From: Azolla caroliniana
Lineage: Eukaryota; Plantae; Polypodiophyta
Reading direction: 5' to 3'
NCBI GenBank assembly: GCA_043228905.1
Contig: JBHGNT010000020.1
Span: 1,364,001 to 1,428,000, forward strand
DNA: 64,000 bases
The translations under genes were made by a program, and so were the position numbers. The notes under the pieces are model-generated. The model had not been told where the DNA came from and made no database searches. It saw only the letters and a list, made by a program, of their open reading frames with translations. Shown here piece by piece: positions 49,801-62,500 of this stretch (positions within the stretch are counted from its first letter, which is position 1; each line of letters begins with the position of its first letter).

Positions 49801-51598
49801 CATTACGTCTCATCGGTGGCCTTGGTCGGAAGGAGGTCCGGTTCTGCTTACCGGCCAGACAATCAGTGCACTTCTCTAAGTGCACGTTCTTCACTGGAAT
49901 GAGGTTGTCGTCTCCAAGCCTCTTCATCCCATTCTCACTCATGTGACATAGCCTCTTGTGCCACAGCTCACCGGCAGTGTCGGAAGCCACGTTCACTTCT
50001 TCCGGACGTAACCGGGCATTCATCAGGTACAGTGTGTTTACCTTCCGGGCCCGAGCCACAATCAGGCTCCCTTTGCTGAACTTCATGACACCGTTCCGGA
50101 TGCTACCCGTGTAGCCTTCATCATCTAGCCGACCGGCTGATATCAGGTTCAGACGAACTTCCGGAACGTGTCGGACATCTTTCAACAGCAACTTGCATCC
50201 GGTTGGTGTTGTCAGCCACACGTCTCCTATGCCGACAATTCGGCATGTTCCTTCATTCCCCATCCGGACACAGCCGTGATCACCGGCTGAGTAGGATGAG
50301 AAGCATTTCCGGTCCGGGGTAAGGTGGAACGACGCTCCGGAGTCTACCACCCAGGTCATCTCGTCGCCGGCATGGTTTATCTCACTCTCCTCGGTGATGA
50401 GCATCAACTCCTCTTCACTTGCCGCAATTGCCGTCGTTCCCTTCCGGTCTGGCCCCCTCCGGTCTTTACCGTTTCGGTCTGTACCGTTCCGGTTCGGGGT
50501 TTGCTTCGAATCGGTACCGTCGGTTTCCTTGTCTTTACGGAAATGCCGACAGTTCTTTTGGAAGTGTCCCGGCTTGCCGCAATAGAAGCAAGTCGGCCTT
50601 CCCCTTGACTTTGATCGTGTCCCCGACTTCTCCCGGTTCAGGGGACTACGGTTTCTATGTCTTCCGCGTTCCGATTCGGCAAGGAGCGCTTTGGAATCGG
50701 AGTTCGTATCTTTGTCTTTCCGACGAGCCTCCTCATCTAGCAAGCTCGATTTTACTCTTGCTAGGGATAGCCGTTTTCCTTCCGGCCCAGCGTTGCCCAA
50801 AGTAACAACCAACGTTTCCCAGCTATCCGGGAGGGAACCGAGCAGGAGTAGCGCTAGGACCTCATCGGCAAGAGGTACTTCCAATGACGTTGCCTGGTGA
50901 ATCAGCCCCTGGAAGGCATTCATATGCTCCGCCATGCTGGAGCCATCTTGGTACCGGAGTCTTACAAGCTTCCGGAATACCGACGCCTGATTGACAGCAT
51001 TTTTGTTCTGGAACATTGTGCCGATCTTCTCCCAGAGCTCATGAGCCTTACTCTCTTCATTGAAGTTGTTGTACAGGCTCATGTCGATGAAGCACCGTAT
51101 GTACGCCGTTGTCTTCATGTGCATCACCTCCCATATCGCGGCGTCGATTTTGTCCGGTCTCTTGTCCCCGAACTGAACCGGCAGCCAGAGGTCTTTAACC
51201 ACGAGCATGTCCCTCATCTTCGACTTCCACACTGAATAGTTGGAGCCGGTGAGCTTGAACATGCCGCCAAACGATTCGTCCATTTTCTGTGTCGATTTCG
51301 CTCTGATACCACTTGTTGGGAACTTGACGTTCCTTATGTTCGACGCTCGGCCACAACCGAGATTCTTTACATACACAGCAAAATAGGTAATTAAAACGCG
51401 ACACAAAAGAGGAGAAATGGTGCACAGGAGGTATACGTGGAAAACCCCAAAAAATTAGGGGGAAAAACCACGGCAGCCCACAAGCTGCAAACTGTCACTA
51501 TGCAGAAGTATACAACAGTGAGATCACTGAGGCAACGACCTCGTGCTCTCAGATCTTCGCCACAGGCGGCGGTTACAACAGAGGCAGGCAACGACCTC

Positions 51599-51633
<35 letters not shown>

Positions 51634-52071
51634 CAGTTACGCGCTCTGATTTCTTCTTGCACCAACAAGGAAGAAAAATAACAACTAGAATGACTGTACA
51701 AAACAACAACACACACGTATAACTAAAAGTTTGCCCTAAGTCATATTTTACTAATATGACTTTTCGGCTATTTACAAATGTAGCCTTGATGGGCTCCATC
51801 CGGCTCTCCGCAGTCGGGTACTCCTCATCCGGCTCTCCGCAGTCGGGTACTTCCCATCCGGTTCATACTGGGCCTACACCATCCGACTCTCCGCAGTCGG
51901 GTACTCCTCATCCGGCTTTCCGCAGTCGGGCCTACACCATCCGACTCTCCGCAGTCGGGTACTCCTCATCCGGCTTCATACCGTTTCGGCCGAGGCCGAT
52001 AGGCCTCGGCCGAGTTTGTTCGTCGGCACTGTTCTTCTCCCTTCCCATCCGGAGGGACTTGTCTACCAACA
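46506..52071 (-). mobile_element. Copia element C, intact ORF, TSD ATCTG
   Basis: LTRs 46506-47211 and 51314-52071; PBS 51300-51311; PPT 47212-47222; ATCTG at 46501-46505 and 52072-52076. Confidence 0.97.
47222..51283 (-). CDS. Copia Gag-Pol polyprotein (1353 aa from MDESF)
   Basis: All Copia domains lie in one open frame. Confidence 0.95.
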   Translation of the reverse strand: MDESFGGMFKLTGSNYSVWKSKMRDMLVVKDLWLPVQFGDKRPDKIDAAIWEVMHMKTTAYIRCFIDMSLYNNFNEESKAHELWEKIGTMFQNKNAVNQASVFRKLVRLRYQDGSSMAEHMNAFQGLIHQATSLEVPLADEVLALLLLGSLPDSWETLVVTLGNAGPEGKRLSLARVKSSLLDEEARRKDKDTNSDSKALLAESERGRHRNRSPLNREKSGTRSKSRGRPTCFYCGKPGHFQKNCRHFRKDKETDGTDSKQTPNRNGTDRNGKDRRGPDRKGTTAIAASEEELMLITEESEINHAGDEMTWVVDSGASFHLTPDRKCFSSYSAGDHGCVRMGNEGTCRIVGIGDVWLTTPTGCKLLLKDVRHVPEVRLNLISAGRLDDEGYTGSIRNGVMKFSKGSLIVARARKVNTLYLMNARLRPEEVNVASDTAGELWHKRLCHMSENGMKRLGDDNLIPVKNVHLEKCTDCLAGKQNRTSFRPRPPMRRNAPLELVHTDVCQVDTKSHAGAQYFVTFIDDHSRKLWATPLKTKDQVLSVFKELHARVERETGRKLKAVRADNGGEYRGQFEEYCRSKGIRLEFTVPKTPELNGLAERMNRTIMERVRSMLTHAKLPKKFWAEALSTATYVINRSPSVPLDGDTPQRVWTGKEMSYRHLRVFGCLAYVHVAKDRRGKLDPKTRPCIFLGYDDDEFGYRVWDPVDEKVFRSRDIIFMEDKTLADWESEKKIVNSESTGKDRLYNEQTQPARDRLALEEPAGYGKDTEPAEEEVEEAETGTGQDPESDSDEEQMEEPITEVRRRRYPLRERRAPRRFPDAEHVLLTDEGEPESFEEAKEDTHSRKWLSAMQDEMDSLHENHTYELVELPKEKRALRNKWVFKLKPGDAGNPPRYKARIVVKGFQQKKGVDFDEIFAPVVKMTSIRTVLSIAASMDLEVEQLDVKTAFLHGDLEEEIYMQQPEGFVEKGKEHLVCRLKKSLYGLKQAPRQWYRKFDSFMTDQGYHKTQADHCVFVKKFEGGDFLILLLYVDDMLIVGRDQGKIRMLKKALNRTFSMKDLGSARQMLGMHIIRDRSVKQLWLSQEKYVTKVLHRFNMSDAKPVRSTLPANCKLSGKQSPKTKGEKADMMKIPYASAVGSLMYAMVCTRPDIGYAVGVVSRFMSNPGKEHWNAVKWILRYLKGTSNMCLRFGTGKPQLDGFTDSDMSADVDTSPSTSGYVMTYAGGAVSWQSRLQKTVALSTTEAEYMAAVEAGKEILWMKDFIGELGIRQEEYRLYCDSQSAIHLAKNAAYHSRTKHIQRRYHWIRERVDDQEFALAKIHTAENRSDMLTKVLTPDKLDACRKRIGLERHPMPE

Positions 52072-54483
52072 ATCTGTTTATCACATAGGTCGTTGTTGTT
52101 AGCACCTCAGCCCAAAACATATTGGGTAACTTGGCATGTGCGAGCATGCTCCGGACTCTCTCCATTATGCTCTGGTTCATCCTTTCAGCCAACCCGTTTA
52201 GTTCCGGCGTCTTCGGCATGGTGAATTCGAGCCGGATTCCCTTCGACCGACAATACTCCTCGAACTGCCCCCAGTATTCTCCTCCGTTATCTGCTCGAAC
52301 CGCTTTCAGCTTCCGGCCGGTTTCTCTTTCCACCCTCGTGTGGAGCTCCTTGAAGACGGATACACTTGATCCTTCGTCTTCAACGGTGAGACCCACAGCT
52401 TCCGGTTGTGGTCATCTATGAACGTCATGAGGTACTGCGATCCAGCATGTGACTTCGTGTCTACTTGACACACATCGGTGTGCACCAGCTCCAGTGGTGC
52501 ATTCCGTCTCATCGGTGGTCTTGACCGGAAGGAGATGCGGTTTTGCTTGCCGGCCAGGCAGTCGGTGCACTTCTCAAGTTGCACGTCCTTCACCAAAATG
52601 AGGTTGTCTTCGGCAAGCCTCTTCATCCCCTTCTCACTCATGTGACACAGTCTTTTGTGCCATAGCTCACCGGCAGTGTCGGATGCTACGTTCACTTCTT
52701 CTTCCTAGCATATCCGGGCATTCATCAAGTACAGTGTGTTGACCTTCCGGGCTCGAGCCACTATTAAGCTCCCTTTGTAGAACTTCATGACACCGTTCTG
52801 GATTCTACCTGTGTAGCCTTCATCATCTAGCCGATTGGCTGATATCAGGTTCAGTCAAACCTCCGGAACGTGTCGGACATCCTTTAGCAGCAACTTGCAT
52901 CCGGTTGATATCGTCAACAGCACATCTCCTATGCCGATAATTCGGCATGTCCCTTCATTCCCCATCCGGACACGGCCGTGCTCACCGGTTGTGTAGGATG
53001 AGAAGCATTTCCGGTCCGAGGTAAGGTGGAACGACGCTCCGGAATCGACAACCCACGTTGTCTTGTTGACGGCAAGGTTCAACTCACTCTCCTCTATGAT
53101 GAGCATTAGTTCTTCTTCACTTGCCGCGATCGCCTTTGTTCCCTTCCGGTCCGGGCCTCGCCGATCCGAACCGTTTCGGTCCGGTGACTTCTTCGAATTG
53201 GTACTTTCGGTTCCCTTGTCTTTCTGAAAATGCCAACAGTTCTTCTGGAAGTGCTCCGGCTTGCCGCAATAGAAGCAAGTGGGCCTCCCCTTTGACTTTG
53301 ACCGTGTCCCCGACTTTTCCCGATTCTGGGGACTCCGATTCCTTTGTCTTCCGCGTTCCGATTCGGTAAGGAGGGCTTTGGTGTCGGAGATCACCTCCTT
53401 GTCTTTCCGACGCGCCTCCTCATCTACCAAGCTCGACTTGACTCTTGCTAGGGATAGTTGTTTTCCTTCCGGCCCGGCGTTGCCCAACGTGACAACTAAC
53501 GTCTCCCAGCTATCCAGGAGGGAACCGAGCAGGAGTAGAGCAAGTACCTCATCGGCGAGAGGTACTTCCAATAAGGTTGCTTGGTGTATCAGCCCCTGGA
53601 AGGCATTCATGTGCTCCGCCATACTGGAGCCGTCTTGGTACCGGAGTCTCACTAGCTTCCGAAATACCGAAACCCAATTAATGGCATTCTTGTTCTGGAA
53701 CATGATGTCGATCTTCTCCCAGAGTTCATGATCCTTGCTCTCTTCATTGAAGTTTTTGTACAAGCTCATGTCGATGAAGCACCGGATGTATACCGTCGTC
53801 TTCATGTGCATCACCTCCCACACCGTGGCGTCGATCTTATCCGGTCTCTTGTCCTTGAACTGAACCAGCAACCAAAGATCTTTAACCACCAACATGTCCC
53901 TCATCTTCAACTTCCACACTGAGTAGTTGGAGCCGGTGAGCTTGACAATGCCGCCATAAGATTCTTCCATTTTCTGTGTTGTTTGCTCTGATACCAGTTT
54001 GAAGAGAAATGGACAGAATATCGCTCGGCCACAACCGAGTAGTAAATCACTTCTATAAGAATCAAACACAGAAATGGAAGTAGAGAGTACACAAGAAAAT
54101 AACACGGGATGTTTACGTGGAAAACCCTAATAGGGAAAAACCACGGGAGCCCACAAACTCCATACTATCACTATGAAGAGAAGGGGTACAATCACAGACT
54201 TGGAGGCAATGACCTCGAGCTCTATTTCTTCGCACAATGCCGGTTACAACAAAGTATCCGTCTGTATCTCTCTCTCTCTCCCTCTTTCTCTGTACAACAG
54301 TTACAACAATATGACAACAACACAATCACACTAAAATGATTGCCCTAAGTCATATTTATAGTTATATGAACTTAGGGCTATTTACAAATATAGACTCAAT
54401 GGGCTTATTCAAGACATATTTACAAATATGTCTTCTCTTCCGGTTCTCACCGGGTCCACCGATCCGGCTTCCGGATCTCTTCC

Positions 54484-57400
54484 TGTTGGACACAGTGCTC
54501 GGCCACAATCGAGGAGTAGGATCAACTCACAGAAAACAAAATGCACGAAGACAATAGAGAGAAGAGTACACAGGATGTTTTACGTGGAAACCCCTAAATG
54601 GGAAAAACCACGGGAGTCCTCAAACTCCAACTATCACTATAAGCAGAGATGTACAATGGTGAAGCTACAAGTCAAAAACCTTGAGCTCACTATCTTCGCC
54701 ACAGGCGGCGGTAATACACAGAGGCAGCGACCTCTTCGTCTCTCTCTCTCTCTCTCTCTCGGCTGCTCTCTTCACTCCCTCTAAGTGAAAACAGAAAAAA
54801 TGAGCAACAACAAAACCTGTTTGCCCTAAGTCATATTTATACACATATGACTTTCGGGCTATTTACAAATATAGCCTCAAGGGCCCTTGGCAAACATATT
54901 CACAAATATGTCCCTGCATCCGGATCTCTCTCCGGGTACATTCGTCATCCGGCTCCGTAGCCGGGGTCTTCATCATCCGGCTCCGTAGCCGGGGTCTTCA
55001 TCATCCGGATCCGGAACCGGGTCTTCATTCTCGATTCCCGGACATTCGACCATCCCATCCGGAGGGACCGTAATCCCAACAGACTCCCCCTTCACTTCGG
55101 CATGGGATGTCTTTCCAGTCCGACCCTCTTCCGGCACGCTTCCAGCTTGTCGGGTGTGAGCACTTTGGTCAACATATCTGACCCGTTCTCGTCCGTGTGG
55201 ATCTTCGTCAGCACGAACTCCTGGTCTTCTATCCTTTCCCGGATCCAGTGATATCTTCGCTGGATGTGCTTCGTCCGGGAATGATAGGCCGCGTTCTTCG
55301 CAAGGTGGATGGCACTCTGACTGTCGCGGTAGAGTCGATACTCCTCCTGCCGGATACCGAGCTCTCTAATGAAGTCCTTCATCCATATCATTTCCTTGTC
55401 GGCTTCAACAGCCGCCATGTACTCCGCCTCCGTGGTTGACAATGCAACCGTCTTCTGCAGCCTCGACTGCCACGAAACAGCTCCCCCTGCATACGTCATC
55501 ACATACCCTGATGTGGACCGGCTGGTATCTGCATCAGCCGACATATCCGAATCGGTAAAGCCGTCGAGTTCGGGCTTACCGGAGCCGAATCGGAGGCACA
55601 CGTTTGCCGGGCCCTTCAGGTATCGGAGTATCCACTTGACCGCGTTCCAGTGCTCTTTGCCGGGATTGCTCATGTACCGGCTCACCACTCCAACTGCATA
55701 TCCTATGTCCGGTCTTGTACACACCATTGCGTACATCAAGCTTCCGACGGCAGAGGCATATGGTACTTTCATCATGTCCTCCTTCTCAGCCTTTGTCTTG
55801 GGGCTTTGCTTGCTAGACAACTTGCAGTTTGCCGGGAGGGTTGACCCGACCGGTCTTGCTTCCGACATGTTGAACCGGTGAAGTACCTTTGTCACGTACT
55901 TCTCCTGTGACAGCCACAACTGCTTCTTCTTCCGGTCCCGGATGATGTGCATCCCTAGTATTTGCCTCGCCGGACCCAGGTCCTTCATTGAGAAGGTTCG
56001 GTGAAGCGCTTTCTTCAGCGTCCGTATCTTGACCTGGTCCCGTCCGACGATCAACATGTCGTCCACGTATAGGAGGAGTATTAGAAAGTCTCCTCCTTCG
56101 AACTTCTTCACAAACACGCAGTGATCGGACTGCGTTTTGTGGTACCCTTCGTCAGTCATGAAGGAGTCGAACTTCCGGTACCATTGCCGGGGAGCCTACT
56201 TCAGTCCGTAAAGGCTCTTCTTCAACCGGCATACTAGGTGCTCCTTCCCTTTCTTCTCGAATCCTTCCGGTTGCTGCATGTAGATCTCTTCTTCGAGGTC
56301 ACCGTGAAGGAATGCCGTCTTCACGTCCATCTGTTCTACCTCGAGGTCCATGCTTGCCGCTATGCTCAGCACCGACCGGATGGAGGTCATCTTCACTACC
56401 GGGGCAAATATCTCGTCGAAGTCGACGCCCTTCTTCTGCTGGAGCCCCTTCACCACGATCCTGGCTTTGTATCTTGGGGGGTTGCCGGCATCTCCCGGTT
56501 TCAGCTTGAACACCCACTTGTTTCGAAGTGCCCGTTTTCCTTTTGGCAACTTCACAAGTTCATATGTGTGGTTCTCATGCAGGGAATCCATCTCGTCCTG
56601 CATGGCACTCAGCCACTTGCGGATCTGGGTGTCATGCTTTGCATCTTCAAAGCTCTCCGGCTCCCCCTCGTCGGTCAGCAACACGTGCTCTGGATCCGGA
56701 AATCTTCGGGGGGCCCTTCTCTCTCTTAGAGGATATCTCCGTTCCGGAGCTTCGGTAACCGGCTCCTCCGTTTCCTCTTCATCCGAATCTATTTCGGGAT
56801 CGGGGCCGGTTCCGGTATCAGTTTCATCTTCCTCGGCCGGTTCTGTTTCTTCACCGTCTTCGGCCGGATCCTCAAGTGCTGACCGGTCCCTTGCCGGTCG
56901 GGACTGCTCCTCGTAGAGTTGATTCTCACCGGTCGACTTGGAGCTCTTCATCTTCTTCTCCGACTCCCAGTCGGCGAGTGTCTTGTCCTCCATGAAGATG
57001 ATATCTCGATTCCTGAATATCTTCTTGTCGACCGGGTCCCATACTCGGTAGCCGAACTCGTCGTCGCCGTAACCGAGGAATATGCATGGCCGGGTCTTTG
57101 GATCTAGCTTTCCTCTCCGGTCCTTTGCCACATGCACATATGCGAGACACCCGAACACCTTCAGATGCCGGTAGTATACTTCCCTACCGGTCCACACTCT
57201 CTGCGGCGTGTCTCCGTCCAAAGGCACTGAGGGTGATCTGTTTATCACGTATGTCGCCGTCGACATTGCCTCAGCCCAAAACCCCTTGGGTAATTTCGCA
57301 TGTGCCAGCATACTCCGGACCCTCTCCATTATGGTCCGGTTCATCCTCTCGGCCAGCCCGTTCAGTTCCGGCATCTTCGGCACAGTAAACTCGTGCCGGA

Positions 57401-58793
57401 TTCCCTTCGAGCGACAGTACTCCTCGAACTGCCCCCGGTATTCCCCTGCGTTATCCGCTCGTATCGCTTTCAGCTTCTTGCCGGATTCCCTTTCCACTCT
57501 CGCGTGGAGTTCTTTGAAGACGCACAACACTTGGTCCTTTGTCTTCAACGGTGCCGTCCACAGCTTCCGGCTGTGGTCATCAATGAATGTCATGAAGTAC
57601 TGGGCTCCGCCATGTGACTTCGTTTCTACTTGACACACGTCGGTGTGCACCAACTCCAATGGTGCGCTACGTCTCGTCGGTGGCCTTGAGTGGAAGGAGG
57701 TTCGGTTCTGCTTACCGGCCAGGCAATCGGTGCACTTCTCCAGGTGCACATGCTTCACTGGAATAAGGTTGTCTTCTGCAAGCCTCTTCATCCCCTTCTC
57801 ACTCATGTGGCACAGTCTCTTGTGCCACAGCTCACCGGCAGTGTCGGCTGCCACGTTCAACTCATCCGGACACAACTAGGCATTCATAAGGTACAGTGTG
57901 TTGACTTTCCGGGCCCGAGCCACTATCAGGCTCCCCTTGCTGAACTTCATTGCGCCGTTCCGGATGCTACCTGTGTAGCCTTCATCGTCTAGCCTCCTGG
58001 CCGAAATCAGGTTCAATCGAACCTCCGGAACGTGTCGGACATCCTTCAGCAGCATCTTGCATCCGGTTGATGTCATCAGCCACACGTCTCCTATGCCGGC
58101 AATCCGGCATGTACCTTCATTTCCCATCCGGACACAGCCGTGCTCACCGGCTGTGTAGGATGAGAAGCATTTCTTCTCCGGGGTCAGGTGGAACGACGCT
58201 CCGGAATCGACCACCCAGGTCATCTCTTCACCGGCAAGGTTCAGCTCCCTTTCTTCGGTAATGAGCATTATCTCTTCTTCACTTGCCGCGAGTGCCGTCG
58301 TTCCTTTCCGGTCCTGCCCTCGCCGATCCGGACCTCTCCGGTTCGTGGCTCCCCGGTATGCACCGTTTCGCTCCGGTGACTTCTTCGAATCGGTACCGTC
58401 GATTCCGTTGTCTTTCCGGTAATGCCGACAATTCTTTCGGAAGTGCCCGGGCTTCCCACAGTGGATGCAAGTGGGCCTTCCTCTTGATTGCGACCGGGTC
58501 CCCGACTTCTCCCGTCTTTGTGGACTCCGGTTCCGTTGTCTTCCCCGATCCGATTCGGCAAGCAGCATCTTCGGATCGGAGGCCGGTTCTTTATCTCTCC
58601 GACGCGCTTCTTCGTTCAAAATGCTTGTCTTTACCGTTTGTAGGGACAAGTTATCTTTGGTGCAGGAGGTGTTGAGAGTCACCACCAAGTTCTCCCAGCT
58701 TTCCGGCAATGTACACATCAGGATGATGGCTTGCATTGCATCCTCCAACGGGAACTTGATCGTCGCAAGCTGGTTCACGAATCCCATGAACGT
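54484..58793 (-). mobile_element. Copia element E (A-type gag), inserted in D's 5' LTR, interrupted in gag
   Basis: 3' LTR 54484-55081 and PPT; pol with in-frame stops at 56196 and 57876; gag cut at STFMGF by the insertion at 58794. Confidence 0.93.
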
Positions 58794-59463
58794 TGTCGTG
58801 AAGATTTTCGTCCGTAGGCGGAAACCCGAGCGAAGCAAGCAAACCTGCGATGTGCAACATTGCACATCAACATGTTGTATTTCTATTTATCGATAGTGAT
58901 AAGTATGGTGCTAGAAATGCACCTTAGGATTTGTAAAGTGTAAAGATGATGTGCTTTTGCGCGCACATCCACGTGAGAGAGAGAGATAGGTACATAGTAG
59001 TTCGTGTAGAGGTGGGAGTTAAGACCCATCCTTCCCACCTCCCCTAAAATCAAGGGAAATATCCCCATTGATTGAAAGGGGATATTTTGTAGCACCCTTT
59101 TTGTAAACGGTCTTCTCTCCTTGTGCTATAAAAGGAGAGGAAGAGCACCATTGTGGGGGTTGCCTTATTTTTTAGTGTGAGTGAGGTATACCATTTCGTT
59201 TTAGGGTTAGGGTTTCGTTTAGGGTTCCTTAGTTAGGGTTTTCTTGTGTCGTTTGGTGCGGCCTACGCGGCCGCCATTTTGTAATCGGTTTTCGGTTCTA
59301 ATATATCTTGTTGAGCATTTGGCCTCCATCTTCCTCTTGTTCATTCTTTCTCTTCTTGTGCTAAGCTCCATTCCGAAGTCCTATTCCTTCTCCCCTTCTC
59401 CTTAGTCCAAGACCCCCGTGGTTCCGCCCTTCTCCACGCACTTGCGAAATATCTCGACATCTT

Positions 59464-59481
59464 TGGTGAACCCGACGTGAA
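59464..59481 (+). promoter_or_regulatory. Primer-binding site, tRNA-Trp
   Basis: TGGTGAACCCGACGTGAA, the complement of the remembered plant tRNA-Trp 3' end ...TTCACGTCGGGTTCACCA. Confidence 0.85.
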
Positions 59482-59501
59482 GGGCGGCAAGGGAGAAAGA
59501 G

Positions 59502-62500
59502 ATGGAAGAAGGCTTCGACTTCGAGGAGATGATGACAAAGATCTTGATGGACGCCGGACGGAAGAGGGCGAGGCGAGAGGCGGCTCAACAAGCGGTCGAA
59601 AGGGTGGTCCGTCTAGTCGGCCGGTTCGATGGGAAGGAGGTCCCAAAAATTTTGAGAGCCTACGATGCGGAAATGACGGGGATGGGCGTGGACGAAGCGA
59701 CGAGGCTAGAGTTCTTTCGTCGAGCGGCGGCCGCATCAAAGTACGAGGAGGTCAAGGAGCTCCAAGAAGCTCACGAATCGTGGGAGTCCTTTGAAGGGGC
59801 TCTAATGGAGGCATACGGGTGCGCGGAATCGGAGGTAAGAGGTCGGCGAGAGTTCGATCGGTGGGTGGCATCGGCGAGGCGCCATCGGAGCGCAATGGAG
59901 GCATTCCGAGAGTTCGAGCGTCGTTTCTCTCAACTCTCGGAGTGGGAACGAAGATCGGTGGGGGCGGACAAAGTCCTCCTATTTTTGAAGACGGTCCATC
60001 ATGAGGAGAGGATGGACATCATGTTCGAGCTTCAAGACGATTATGGGGCGCATGGTCTCACCGAGGAGTGGCCCGAAGTGGAATGGGTGTGTTGGCAATA
60101 TGAGGCGAGGCGGTCGGCCACAACACGGCCCGCGAGCGGGGGAGAAGAGAGAGCGACGACCGACTACGCCATGCCGCCGGACGAGAGCTCATCGCGAACC
60201 GGTTTGGAGGGGCCCGACCTACAAGCGCTAATACGGGAGGCGTGCGGGCTCGTAATGGCGAAAATCGAAGCCGAAGAATGGCTTATTGCGGGGTCGGGCC
60301 CGAGCGGATCGGAGGACGCGGAGGAAGGAGCTTCCTCACACGTGGAGGACGGGGCCTATGCGGAGGCCGAAAGAGAATGGTACATCGGTACCACGGGAGA
60401 GGGTGCGGAGCGAGCCGCCCTCTCGACATGGGGGAAAAGAACGACCGAGGACGAGGTCGGGGACGGTGAGGCGGCGATCGCCGATTCGAGCGGACATGGC
60501 GGATTCGGGACATGGTGGCCCGAATCATCGAGTACGGAGGAGACAAGCGGCGGTACCGCAACCTTCCACGCACCGGTTCAAGAGACCCCGGCGGCCGGCC
60601 CGAGCGCCCGCGTGAGACCGAGGGAAAAGAACGGTGGCGGCGGCAAGGCGGGCAACCGAGACAACGATAAGGAGACCGCGGAAGAGGCGGCGGCAAGCAT
60701 AACCGATGCTTGCATATACGGAGGCGGGGCAGCCACGGACAACGACGTCCGAGCGGAGGTGGCTACGGACATTACATCGACGAGCGGCGGTCCCGCGACC
60801 TTACACGCGTCATTCCTAGAGATCACGGCGGCCGGCCCGAGTGCCCGCGTAAGACCTATGGTGAAAGGCGGTGGCGGTGGCAAGGCGGGCGACCACGGCG
60901 TCGACACGAGAGAAGGTGCGGAGCAAGCGACCCTCTCATCTCGGGGAAAAAGAGCGGCCATGGACGAGGCCGATATCTACGGAGCGATGGACGCCACTTC
61001 GAGAGTGGGCGGAAGTTTCGGGACGCGGTTGCCCGAAACGTTCTACGAGGATTTCGCGAGCATACTCGAGGCTTGCGAAATGGAGGAGGAAGACGAAACG
61101 AGCGATGGTGTCGCGACCTTCCACACACCGGCCCTAGAGGCTTCGGCGGTCGGCCCGAGTGCCGACACAAGACCTAGAGCTACGGACGGTGGCGGCGGCA
61201 AGGCGGACAACAGAAATGAGGACGAGACCGGCGAAGAAGAGGCGGCGGCAAGCATACTCGATGCTTGCGAAACCGAAGACGGGGTAGCCACGGACGACGA
61301 TGTCCGAATGGAGGTGGCTACGGACGAGAGGAGTGGTGGTGTCGCGACCTTCCACACACCGGTCCTAGAGACTCCGGCACCCGGCCCGAGAGCCGGCGAG
61401 AGGCCTAGAGTGACGGACGGTGGCGGCGGCAAGGCGGGCAACCGAAACGACGACGACATGGGAGAGGGTGCGGAGCGAGCAACCCTCTCGTCTTGCGGCG
61501 AATGGACGGCCAAGGATGAGGCCGGTGACTACAAAGCGGAGAGCGCCACTTCGAAAGTGGGCGGAAGATTCGGGGCACGGCGGCCCAAAACATCGAGCGG
61601 AGAGGAGGCGAGCGGTGGTGCCGCGACCTTCCACACACCGGCCCTAGAGGCTTCGGCGGTCGGCCCGAGTGCCGACACGAGACCTAGAACGACGGGCGGT
61701 GGCGGCGGCAAGGCGGGCAAACAAAATGACGCAGAGAACGGCGAAGAAGAGGTGGTGGCAAGCATACTAGAGGCTTACGGAATCGGAGATGGGGGAGCCG
61801 CGGACAACGACGTCCGAACGAAAGCGGCTACGGAGACAACAAGCGGCGGTGCCGGGTCCTTACCCACACCAATCCTAGAGGCTCCAATGGCCGGCCCGAG
61901 TGACGGCATGAGGCTTAGTGCGACGGGAGGTGACGGCGGCAAGGCGGGCAACGGAAACGAGAAGGAAGATTGGAGCGGACGGAGGCAAGACCCCTTGACA
62001 CCGGGGCCAGAGACTTCGGCGGTTGTGCTCGAATGCCAACGTGAGACCGGAGAGATGGGCGGTGACCGTGAGGAGGTGAGGCCCGGAGAGAGCGCATACG
62101 AAGACGAGTATGCGGGGCCCGGAATGGGCGTATACGGTGGGTCCGACGGAGAGGACCGGAGCGGAAACGAGGAGAGAGTCGGGAACCGACCCGACCGGAA
62201 TACGGCACGGAAGAAGAAGAGAGTAAGGGCCGGCGAACCGGGCCCAAACCGAAGGGAGCCGGCAAGACCGATTGGCCGGTTACGGTTACGGTTACGGTTA
62301 CGATGGGAGCCGGTAAGCGCGAGATGGAGGCTAACCGGGCACGACGACCATGGTTCGGGGGAAAAACGGAAACAAACGAGACCCTCCATACCCACTCTAG
62401 AGACTACGGCGGTTGCGGATCAACATAAGACCGGAGAGACGGCGGGTGGCGGCGAGGAGTCGGAGGCCGGAGCGTACGAGGTTACCGGAACGGATATCTG

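Larger units (their letters stand above)
45216..54483 (-). mobile_element. Copia element D, degenerate and 3'-truncated, hosting C and E
   Basis: RT fragment 45216-46505, integrase/protease/gag 52072-53970, PBS 53985-53996, 5' LTR from 54000 interrupted at 54484. Confidence 0.9.
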
